Source: a virus
Lineage: Duplodnaviria > Caudoviricetes
Reading direction: 5' to 3' (one strand)
Virus record (IMG/VR): IMGVR_UViG_3300024346_000030
Location: 1-64,000 of that record
DNA: 64,000 bases
How positions within the stretch are numbered: the first letter of the stretch is position 1; each line of letters starts with the position of its first letter. The notes under the pieces were generated by a model. That model had not been told where the DNA came from, did not search any database, and worked only from the letters and a program-made list of their open reading frames with translations. Positions 54,372 to 63,090 of the stretch are shown here, piece after piece. Position numbers and translations under genes: made by a program.

Positions 54372-56911
54372 GATATGAAAACCCATTCCCAGTAGGGGTC
54401 AAGCTACCAGAGATTAGCGTACCAGACAACACACTAGAATCACTTGGTTTAAAGAACGGAAGCTCCAGCTTAGAAATATTGAAACAGCTTTGCAGAAAGG
54501 GTCTTAGAGATAAGCTTCTTATCGAAGCCGAAAACAGAAAAGATTATTATGATCGAGTCCAGATGGAAATCGACATTTTAGATGACCTTGGTTTTGTAGA
54601 TTATATACTCCTTAACTGGGATATTATGGATTACTGTCAGAGAAGCGGTATTCCTACTGGTGCTGGCAGGGGAAGTGCTGCTGGTAGTTTAGTTCTTTTT
54701 CTTCTTGGTGTAACAAACATTGACCCTATTAAATATGAATTATTTTTTGAGAGATTCGTCTCTAAAAGCAGAGCCAGAAAAATTGAGCATAACGGAGAAG
54801 TCTTTCTTGACGGTTCTCTACTTGCTGACATTGATAACGATATTTCTTATGATAGGAGGGCTGAAGTTATTAAGTATATTGAAGATAAGTACGAAGGTAG
54901 AACCTCCAAAATCTTAACACTTAACACACTAAGTTCCAAGCTCTGTATGAAAGAGTGCGGTAAGATTATCGGCGAACTATCTGAAATGGAAGTAAACCAA
55001 ATTAGCGATACAATACCAAAGCACTTTGGCAAGGTTGTAAAACTAGATGTGGCTTATGAAGAAAGTGAAGCCTTTAAGGTTTTCGCTGACAAGCATGAAA
55101 AATCCTACAAAATAGCAAAAAAGCTAGAAGGTTTAATTAAGAATACTGGCGTTCACCCTTCTGGTATATCAATCAGTTATTACAACCAAGGGGACATAAT
55201 GCCGCTACAAAAAACAAACGATGGAGCTTTGGTTTCAGGTTATGATATGGACGATGTAGCCAGTCTTAGTGTTAAGTTCGATATACTCGGACTGAGGACG
55301 CTTTCGGTTGTTAATGATACTTGTAACCAATTAGGCATTAAGGCCTCTGACATCGACCCAGGGCACGAAAGCATCTATGCTGCGTTAGCTTGTCTCCAAC
55401 AACCCAAAGGATTGTTTCAGATTGAGGCGGATGTAAACTTCAAGGTTTGCAAACAAGTTTCGCCCAGAAACCTAGAGCAGCTTTCAGCTGTTGTTGCTAT
55501 TGCAAGACCTGGAGCGTTGGATTTTAAAGACATGTATGCTGATTATGTCAGAACAGGAGAGTTTAATTGTGTGCATGAGTTCTTTGATGATATACTTAGT
55601 TATACTGGAGGCATTCCTCTTTACCAAGAGCAGTTGATGAAGATGGCTGTTAAGGTTGGTTTTAGCCTAGACGAGTCCGAACAGCTTCGAAGGATAGTTG
55701 GAAAAAAGAAGGTAGAAGATATGCCAGCTTGGAAAGCCAAGATTGAAGAGAAAATCAAGGAAAAAAATCTAGACCCAGTTATAGGAGATGTTTTATGGAA
55801 AGTGGCAGAAGATTCTGCTAACTACTCCTTCAACAAGTCTCATAGTATTTCTTACGCATATCTAGCAGCTATAACAGTCTACCTTAAATTCAACCACCCT
55901 CAAGAATTCTTCCTCAGTCTTCTCAAGATGGCTAGGTTTGAGCCAAATTCACACGAAGAGATTGCTAAGATATCTCAAGAGCTTTCGTTTTTTGACGTAA
56001 CTCTATTACCTCCAGATTTGAATCTTTCAGACTTTGACTTTAAAATTGAAGGAAAGAACATAAGGTATGGGTTAAATTCCATCAAGGGTGTTTCTGGTAA
56101 AATTATTGAATCATTAATTGAGTTTAGGGAGAATAACTTTGAAAACAAGTATGATGTTTTCTCAGCTGCAAAAGATTGTGGCGTAAACATCGGTACAATG
56201 TCAGCGTTCGTACAGGCTGGTCTATTAGATTCTTTTGTAACCACTGACCGTTGTCGATTAGTTCTTGAGGCTCAGAGCTTCAACATACTAACTGACAGAG
56301 AAAAAAGAAACATAATAGAGGTTGGTGATCGTTTTAATTACGACGTACTAAACACGATACAACATTTTAGAAGTGATAACGCTCCAGCTGATGATGGCAA
56401 GCTTCTATTCACTGACAGAAGGTTCGGGACATTCAAAAAGAAATATGACCAATATAAAAATATTTATAAACAGAATTCTAGCCACATTAAGTTTGCTAAT
56501 TGGCATTTTGAGACTCAATTGCTGGGTTACAGTTACTCATATAACATAAGGGAGATATTCACAAGCGGAGACGAAGCTACATTGAATACATCAGAACAAG
56601 TTAGAAACAGTTCCGACAGACAAAGAATTAAGTTCGTTGGTCAGGTAACAGACATTACAAAAAGAACAAGTCGAAACGGCAATAAATATGCTAGAATTGA
56701 AATGCAAGATGAGCTAGGTCCTATTTGTGGATTGTTTTTAGACTCAGATAGAGAAGAAAGGTTGACAGACTATCTAAACTCTGGTAAAAAGTTACCTACC
56801 AAAGGTAGTATTGCAATAATAACTGGCAGTGCTGGTGACGATATAATCTTTGTAGATAAGATAAAAACAATAGAAGAGAAAATATATATGAAACTTTCCG
56901 AACTAAAATGA
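54368..56911 (+). CDS. dnaE: DNA polymerase III alpha catalytic core with C-terminal OB fold
   Basis: GRGSAAGS, LADIDND, GVHPSG, KFDILGL, YQEQLM, YSFNKSH. Confidence 0.95.
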   Translation: MRYENPFPVGVKLPEISVPDNTLESLGLKNGSSSLEILKQLCRKGLRDKLLIEAENRKDYYDRVQMEIDILDDLGFVDYILLNWDIMDYCQRSGIPTGAGRGSAAGSLVLFLLGVTNIDPIKYELFFERFVSKSRARKIEHNGEVFLDGSLLADIDNDISYDRRAEVIKYIEDKYEGRTSKILTLNTLSSKLCMKECGKIIGELSEMEVNQISDTIPKHFGKVVKLDVAYEESEAFKVFADKHEKSYKIAKKLEGLIKNTGVHPSGISISYYNQGDIMPLQKTNDGALVSGYDMDDVASLSVKFDILGLRTLSVVNDTCNQLGIKASDIDPGHESIYAALACLQQPKGLFQIEADVNFKVCKQVSPRNLEQLSAVVAIARPGALDFKDMYADYVRTGEFNCVHEFFDDILSYTGGIPLYQEQLMKMAVKVGFSLDESEQLRRIVGKKKVEDMPAWKAKIEEKIKEKNLDPVIGDVLWKVAEDSANYSFNKSHSISYAYLAAITVYLKFNHPQEFFLSLLKMARFEPNSHEEIAKISQELSFFDVTLLPPDLNLSDFDFKIEGKNIRYGLNSIKGVSGKIIESLIEFRENNFENKYDVFSAAKDCGVNIGTMSAFVQAGLLDSFVTTDRCRLVLEAQSFNILTDREKRNIIEVGDRFNYDVLNTIQHFRSDNAPADDGKLLFTDRRFGTFKKKYDQYKNIYKQNSSHIKFANWHFETQLLGYSYSYNIREIFTSGDEATLNTSEQVRNSSDRQRIKFVGQVTDITKRTSRNGNKYARIEMQDELGPICGLFLDSDREERLTDYLNSGKKLPTKGSIAIITGSAGDDIIFVDKIKTIEEKIYMKLSELK

Positions 56912-59346
56912 GTGTAGATAATAATGTGATATTTCAAGATTTCAACCTTACCCCTAGGGCGAAAAAAGCATACTCGGACGCCAAACAAATATCTGAAGAG
57001 TTTGGCCACAAAACCATAAACAACTTACATATAATGTATGGTTGCCTAAAAAACATGTCTAAAGATTTAGACGACTATCTTTTTGATAATGGTTATGTGT
57101 TGTCTCACGAAGATGTAAAAGATAGCTTTAGTTTTGCAGTTTTAAATGAAAAAGATAAATTTTATAGTAACAAAAACTCAGAGATATGGCACAAAGAAGT
57201 AGTTGACTCAATAAAAGAATCTAACAGAATATCAAAAAAACACGGACAGCATTATATTAGCATAGAGCATGTTGTGTGTGCTATATCATCTACATCCTCG
57301 TATATATTTGAATACATAGACGATTTCTTTGATTGTAAAGGCTTTCATCAAGTACTTTCTCAATTTATCAATGAGGAGCATTACAACCCCGATGAAATTG
57401 AGCAAGACTTAGATCAAAGCGTAAACCTAGAAAGCATAGAAAATTTACTTGCTGAAAATTTTGAGCCTTTATCTATACCAGATTTTGTATCAAACATGAA
57501 TCTCCTTTATATTGATGGTAAGGTTGATGATGTTCATGGTAGGGAAGAAGAGGTTACGTCTTTAGTAGAAACATTATCCAAGAAGAATAAATGTAACGCT
57601 ATACTTACTGGTGATCCAGGTGTTGGCAAGACTGCCATTATAGAAGCTTTGGTTAAAAAAGTATGCGATGGTGATGTTCCAGCAAACCTACTTAATATAG
57701 AAATCTTAAGTGTAGATTTAGGCGCTATGATTTCAGGAACTCAATACAGAGGTCAGTTCGAAGAAAAATTCAAGTCGTTATTGAACATGGCTAAAAGCAA
57801 TCCATCTATAGTTTTGTTTTTTGATGAGATACATACTATCTTCGGAACAGGAGGAAACAACCAGGAGGGCAGCCTGGATGCCGCCAACATGTTGAAACCA
57901 CTTCTAGCAAGGGGCGAGATCAGGTGTGTCGGAGCGACCACTACAGACGAATACAGGAAGATATTCGAAAAAGATGGAGCTATAAAAAGAAGATTCTTAA
58001 ATATTGACGTTTTAGAGCCCAGTAAAGATGAGACCAAGCATATCTTATATAACTGCAAGAAGAAGTATGAAAAATTTCATGGTGTTTATTTCAGAAAAGA
58101 CACAATAGATCACATTGTAGATCTTTGTGATTTATTCTTAACAAACAAGAAGTTTCCAGATAAGGCTTTTGATGTTCTGGATTTAGTGGCTGCTAAAGTA
58201 AAGATAGCTAACTTAGAACCAACATCTGTAATCAAAGACGCACATAAAGGTTTTGTTTCTGACATATCCAAAAAAAACATTAGCGAATCAGAGATAAGAG
58301 AAACTTTCAAAGACTTCATGCAAACGCTAGAAGGTTTTAGTCAAAACAAAAATAAGAAAGCATCATTGGTTAAGAAGAAAGATGTTACAAACTTAATTTC
58401 TAAAATGGCTAAAGTGTCTATAAATGAATTATCAAATCAAAAAAACAGCTTTGATAAGTTTGTAAACAAGATGTCGTCGGAGGTTTTTGGTCAAAAAGAA
58501 GTAATAGAAGAAGTTAATAACCTCTTATCTTGTTGTAAGGTTGGCTTACACGACGAACAAAAACCATTGGCTAGTATGTTTTTTGTAGGCCCAACAAGTG
58601 TTGGCAAAACATACACAGCAAAGAAAATAGCAAAACACTATTTTGGCAACGAAAAAGCTTTCTTGCAGATAAATATGAGTGAGCTTTACGACAAGACAGG
58701 GATTAGCAAACTTATTGGTTCTAATTCTGGTTATGTTGGTTATGAGAACGGGGGTTTATTAACTAACTTCGTGAAAGATAACCCAAACTGTGTTATATTA
58801 TTTGACGAAGCTGAAAAAGCTGACCCACAAATTCTCAATATACTCCTGCAGATACTTGACGAGGGTTATATAGAAGATAGCAAAAACAATAAAATAAACT
58901 TTTCAAAATCAATAATAATATTCACAAGCAATGCTGGTCATGACTTAGTGACAAAGAAGACCATGGGTTTTATTGAGGAGGAGGTTAACGCAAATAAAAC
59001 TTACGTATCCTCTGTCAAAAAATATCTAAAACCAGAACTTGTTGCTCGCATAGATAAAGTCATGGCGTTCAATTCTATAGGTGAAAATGAATTTAAAATG
59101 ATAATAAAGAGAGAGCTTCAAATCATAAAAGAAAAACTTGCGAAAATAAACATCAAATTTAATTTCAATGACTCAACAATTAAATCCTTAAAACAACAAA
59201 TGGAAGATAAAAATTTCCATGCCAGAGAAATAAACTCTTTCATAAAAGAAAAGGTAAAAGTTCCAATTTCCAAGTTCCTTGTCAAAAATAAAAACATTCG
59301 AAAATTATCTATAAAACATGTTGACAATGATACGAAGGTGTGTTAA
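56908..59346 (+). CDS. ClpA/ClpC-like Hsp100 AAA+ ATPase (true start may be GTG 56926)
   Basis: Clp N-domain, GDPGVGKT, FFDEIH, GATT, PDKAFD, GPTSVGKT, LFDEAEKA; MGF loop. Confidence 0.9.
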   Translation: MSVDNNVIFQDFNLTPRAKKAYSDAKQISEEFGHKTINNLHIMYGCLKNMSKDLDDYLFDNGYVLSHEDVKDSFSFAVLNEKDKFYSNKNSEIWHKEVVDSIKESNRISKKHGQHYISIEHVVCAISSTSSYIFEYIDDFFDCKGFHQVLSQFINEEHYNPDEIEQDLDQSVNLESIENLLAENFEPLSIPDFVSNMNLLYIDGKVDDVHGREEEVTSLVETLSKKNKCNAILTGDPGVGKTAIIEALVKKVCDGDVPANLLNIEILSVDLGAMISGTQYRGQFEEKFKSLLNMAKSNPSIVLFFDEIHTIFGTGGNNQEGSLDAANMLKPLLARGEIRCVGATTTDEYRKIFEKDGAIKRRFLNIDVLEPSKDETKHILYNCKKKYEKFHGVYFRKDTIDHIVDLCDLFLTNKKFPDKAFDVLDLVAAKVKIANLEPTSVIKDAHKGFVSDISKKNISESEIRETFKDFMQTLEGFSQNKNKKASLVKKKDVTNLISKMAKVSINELSNQKNSFDKFVNKMSSEVFGQKEVIEEVNNLLSCCKVGLHDEQKPLASMFFVGPTSVGKTYTAKKIAKHYFGNEKAFLQINMSELYDKTGISKLIGSNSGYVGYENGGLLTNFVKDNPNCVILFDEAEKADPQILNILLQILDEGYIEDSKNNKINFSKSIIIFTSNAGHDLVTKKTMGFIEEEVNANKTYVSSVKKYLKPELVARIDKVMAFNSIGENEFKMIIKRELQIIKEKLAKINIKFNFNDSTIKSLKQQMEDKNFHAREINSFIKEKVKVPISKFLVKNKNIRKLSIKHVDNDTKVC

Positions 59347-59349
59347 TAT
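59321..59349 (+). promoter_or_regulatory. sigma70 promoter
   Basis: TTGACA-17 nt-TAATAT, 6 nt before ATG 59356. Confidence 0.6.
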
Positions 59350-59355
59350 ATGCTC

Positions 59356-59583
59356 ATGAATAAAACAACGCAAAACAAAATCATGAAGGCAATCCGATCA
59401 AGCAAAGGCCGCTTCTTTGGTCTCTATACCAAAAGTGGAGAGTCCCTAAATGCACAATTTGTTTCCGAGACCCCTCAGTATGTGACTGTATATGACAGAA
59501 ACAACAGCAAAAAAAGGAAGTTTGCAAAAACAAGCCTTTGTGCTCTAAGGTTGAAGAACGAGAAGATTGGTAAGCTAGTATAG
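59356..59583 (+). CDS. small basic hypothetical protein
   Basis: KGRFFGLYTKSGE..VTVYDRN..RKFAK. Confidence 0.6.
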   Translation: MNKTTQNKIMKAIRSSKGRFFGLYTKSGESLNAQFVSETPQYVTVYDRNNSKKRKFAKTSLCALRLKNEKIGKLV

Positions 59584-59633
59584 ATTTGAATTAACGGTTT
59601 GAAAAACCACAGCCCTGCCCGTATAATAATTGA

Positions 59634-60713
59634 ATGAACGCACACCAATTATTTGCTGGCAGGGCTTATGTTTTTAATGAGTTTAGCGAATTGCTGACTG
59701 ACTCAGCAGAGTTTTTGCTTATAGAGAAGTTATCGCAACGTTTTAAGATACCTTTCTCATTATTCTCTGCGGAAACTCTAGGTGGAACGGAAGATTTCGA
59801 TATTTACAAGTTAAATAGTTTAGGTAAAAACTACCTACTTAAAATTTCTTTTGACAGTTCTAGCGCGCAGATGATAAACGAGTCAAACATATTAAAGAAC
59901 AATGAATCAATCACAATACAGAAACACGTTGATTCAGGTGAGGTTTCTGTAGGTCAACCCTTGAGGTTTATCCTTACCGAGCTTGACGATTTTGGTAGCC
60001 TTGAAGATTACGGGGTCAGTTTCCCAATTTCACGTATTGGCTCTTTACTTGCTTCATTCAACACTTATACATCTCTAAAAGGCGGTTTCAGCTTCCAAGA
60101 ATATTGTTCTAAATTACTCGACAAGATAGACCCAAATAAATGGTCCACCTTCGTCAGAGGTTCTGTATTTTCTTTTTACGAATACAAAAAGATAATGTCA
60201 GTATACGAAAGCCTTCTTAAAGAAATGAATTCTTTAAGGACTGAGGATTTTTTAAATAGTGACAAACTCATAAACCCAAACATAGGTCCAGAGAATATAA
60301 GTTCTAATGGAACTATTTTTAGGTTCTTAGACTGCAGCGATTCCTTTAGGTCTAGCAGCATACTGGGTTTATGCTTTATTTGTATAAACTATGGCTTAAA
60401 AAAGAAAGCAAGAAAAAAACTATTCAAGTTGTATTGTGATATTGAAAAAATAGAATACAAAGACATCAAACAGGAACTCAAAAAAAGCATGAAAGTTGCT
60501 TGTTGTATTTTCTTGTTTGATTCCTTTTATAAATTCATAATAGAAGAGTGTATTTTTGAATCATCAAGACCCAAAAAAATAATAGGTCTGAACTTAACCC
60601 TTTCGAATTGCTTTGATATTTGCTCTTGTTTAGATTGTTACGAAGATATACGATTACCAATCAAAGAAATGTTCATTAGGCCTATAATTGAAGATTCAGA
60701 AGACCGTATTTAA
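59634..60713 (+). CDS. degenerate APH/choline-kinase-like protein
   Basis: YLLKISF, LINPNIGPENI and FLDCSD sit where K, HGDxxxxN and D(F/W)E occur in this family. Confidence 0.4.
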   Translation: MNAHQLFAGRAYVFNEFSELLTDSAEFLLIEKLSQRFKIPFSLFSAETLGGTEDFDIYKLNSLGKNYLLKISFDSSSAQMINESNILKNNESITIQKHVDSGEVSVGQPLRFILTELDDFGSLEDYGVSFPISRIGSLLASFNTYTSLKGGFSFQEYCSKLLDKIDPNKWSTFVRGSVFSFYEYKKIMSVYESLLKEMNSLRTEDFLNSDKLINPNIGPENISSNGTIFRFLDCSDSFRSSSILGLCFICINYGLKKKARKKLFKLYCDIEKIEYKDIKQELKKSMKVACCIFLFDSFYKFIIEECIFESSRPKKIIGLNLTLSNCFDICSCLDCYEDIRLPIKEMFIRPIIEDSEDRI

Positions 60714-60771
60714 ATTAAGCATTTCAAATATTTATATAGAATTTCTATTGATTTAATTTATCATAGTTTAT

Positions 60772-61239
60772 ATGATAAACTTCTACAAACCTAACTCGAA
60801 GAACTCAGGAAGCGCTTTTGGATTCAGACTTGGAATACAGGGCAAAAGCGAAGAGCCTTGTCTGTATATGACGGCAGTCAAACAATTTTCCTGGGACTCG
60901 AACAAAAAAAGTGGATCTTTTTCCAACAACTCAAAAGACCCAGACAAATCAGCAAGTGTTAAATTTAATGAAACAGAATTAGGAGGTTTTATATATGCCA
61001 TAGAAAACTATGAAAAGTTTAGTGCTTTCCATAGTTACGATCAAAACTCAACATCCATATCTCTATCTCCCTACAAAAAATCTGATGGCACAAAAGCTTT
61101 TTCATTCTCACTAACAAGAAACTCTTCAAACAAGTTTGGGTTGGGACTTGAGATGTCTGAGGCCTATCTTATTTCCGAGTACTTTAAATTTGTCCTTAAA
61201 GAACTATTTATATTTAGAACAAACTCCCAGAAAAAATGA
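60772..61239 (+). CDS. hypothetical protein with a Whirly/PC4-like repeat pattern
   Basis: Two beta-beta-beta-beta-alpha-like units ending FNETELGGFI and LEMSEAYLISEYF. Confidence 0.45.
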   Translation: MINFYKPNSKNSGSAFGFRLGIQGKSEEPCLYMTAVKQFSWDSNKKSGSFSNNSKDPDKSASVKFNETELGGFIYAIENYEKFSAFHSYDQNSTSISLSPYKKSDGTKAFSFSLTRNSSNKFGLGLEMSEAYLISEYFKFVLKELFIFRTNSQKK

Positions 61240-63089
61240 GAAAAAAAACAATACTTCTACATTCTAATTTCTGCAAAGCCCTCACTGGTTTTGGTAAAAA
61301 CAAAAAAAACATATTAAAATATCTCTATAAGACAGGTAAATATAGAATTGTAGAGGCGGCTAACGGTAGGCCTATGGGAAGCAAAGAACTTGACTGCCTA
61401 CCTTGGGAGTGCATAGGAACTCTTGACAGAAGAGGCAACGTCCCAGAAGAATCTCAGAGAGAGAATAGTTATGGAGGTTTACTTATTGATGAAATCATCG
61501 AAGATGTGAGGCCAGATGTATATATAGGTATTGAGGATATATGGGCATTTAAAAATTTTCACCACAAGCCTTGGTGGAATAAGGTAAATACCATGATTTG
61601 GACTACGTTGGACAGTTTACCAATATTACCAGAAGCGGTAGAATACGCGCCAAAAATTAAAAACTACTATGTGTGGTCTAATTTCGCTGAGAAAGGGTTC
61701 AAAGATATTGGTTATGAACATGTGAAAACCTTAAGGGGTTCATTGGATACTGACAACTTCTACAGGTTAGACGATAATACTAGATCAGTATTGAGGGACC
61801 GTCACGGCATAAACAAAAACGACTTCATTATTGGTTTTGTATTTAGAAATCAGTTAAGAAAATCCGTGCCAAACCTTCTAGACGGCTTTAAAAAATTCAA
61901 GAAAAACAACCATAACTGCAAATTACTATTACATACATCTTGGTCTGAGGGTTGGGATATACCAAGACTTCTTGAGGAGAAAGGCATAAACAGAAATGAC
62001 GTATTAACAAGTTACTTCTGCGATGACTGCGGAAGCTACAAAGTGCAGCCCTTCACTTCAGATAAAAGCAATTGTACTAGCTGCGGTGGTAAAAACAACC
62101 ATACGACAAACGTAGTCAATGGGGTTAGCGAGAAACAGCTGAACGAAGTTTATAATCTAATGGATGTTTACTGCCACCCTTTTACAAGCGGAGGTCAGGA
62201 GATACCTATACAAGAAGCGAAGCTAACCGAACTTATAACTCTGGTTACTGATTATTCTTGTGGCGAAGATAGCTGTAGCGAAGAGAGCGGCGGCTTGCCT
62301 CTTTCTTGGAATGAATATAGAGAACCTGGTACCCAATTCATTAAAGCATCTACGGATCCAGACAGCATTAATCAAATGCTTCAAACAGTTTTTGATATGC
62401 CTAATGATCAAAAACTAGAAGAAGGAAAAAAATCTAGACAATGGGTTATTGATAATTTTTCGATTGATGTTATAGGTTCTTCTTTAGAGAAGATTATAGA
62501 TGAAATGCCTTTTCTGGATGATAATGTAGATATTAAGACAGTGTCTTACAACGAAGACTTCCCGTTTCCAGTAGGTTTAAGTAATGAAGATATTGTAACT
62601 GTTTTGTATAAAGAAATACTAAACGACGAAGTAGATACAAATACTCCAGGATTCAAAAAGTGGACCTCGGATTTAAATAACCGCAAAATATCCCAAGAAG
62701 AATTACATAGCCATTTTGTAAAGGTAGCCATAGAGAACAATAAAAATAAAAATATAAACTTTGAAGACGTTTTAAGTAAAGATGACGAAGGAAGAAGGAT
62801 TGCCGTAGTTGTACCTGAAGACAGTGTTGATGTTATTCTTGTTAACTCATTACTTGCCAATTTACAAAAGAAACACAAAAAACATAATATTTACATTTTT
62901 ACAAATAAAAGTTATTTCGACCACATAGAAGATAACCCTCATGTTTATAAATGCATACCTTACTCAAAGTCTTTAAGCAACCCGCTGGTTCTTGAGGGAA
63001 GCGGTGCTCATAAAGGTTTTTTTGAGGCCGCATATTATCCTACAGTTACGACAAGATCAATACCATGCAACAATCACAACGGATTATAA
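61236..63089 (+). CDS. GT4-like glycosyltransferase with a zinc-ribbon insertion and an extra C-terminal domain
   Basis: FRNQLRKS, HPFTSGGQEIPIQEA; inserted CDDC..CTSC. Confidence 0.8.
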   Translation: MRKKTILLHSNFCKALTGFGKNKKNILKYLYKTGKYRIVEAANGRPMGSKELDCLPWECIGTLDRRGNVPEESQRENSYGGLLIDEIIEDVRPDVYIGIEDIWAFKNFHHKPWWNKVNTMIWTTLDSLPILPEAVEYAPKIKNYYVWSNFAEKGFKDIGYEHVKTLRGSLDTDNFYRLDDNTRSVLRDRHGINKNDFIIGFVFRNQLRKSVPNLLDGFKKFKKNNHNCKLLLHTSWSEGWDIPRLLEEKGINRNDVLTSYFCDDCGSYKVQPFTSDKSNCTSCGGKNNHTTNVVNGVSEKQLNEVYNLMDVYCHPFTSGGQEIPIQEAKLTELITLVTDYSCGEDSCSEESGGLPLSWNEYREPGTQFIKASTDPDSINQMLQTVFDMPNDQKLEEGKKSRQWVIDNFSIDVIGSSLEKIIDEMPFLDDNVDIKTVSYNEDFPFPVGLSNEDIVTVLYKEILNDEVDTNTPGFKKWTSDLNNRKISQEELHSHFVKVAIENNKNKNINFEDVLSKDDEGRRIAVVVPEDSVDVILVNSLLANLQKKHKKHNIYIFTNKSYFDHIEDNPHVYKCIPYSKSLSNPLVLEGSGAHKGFFEAAYYPTVTTRSIPCNNHNGL

Positions 63090-63090
63090 A

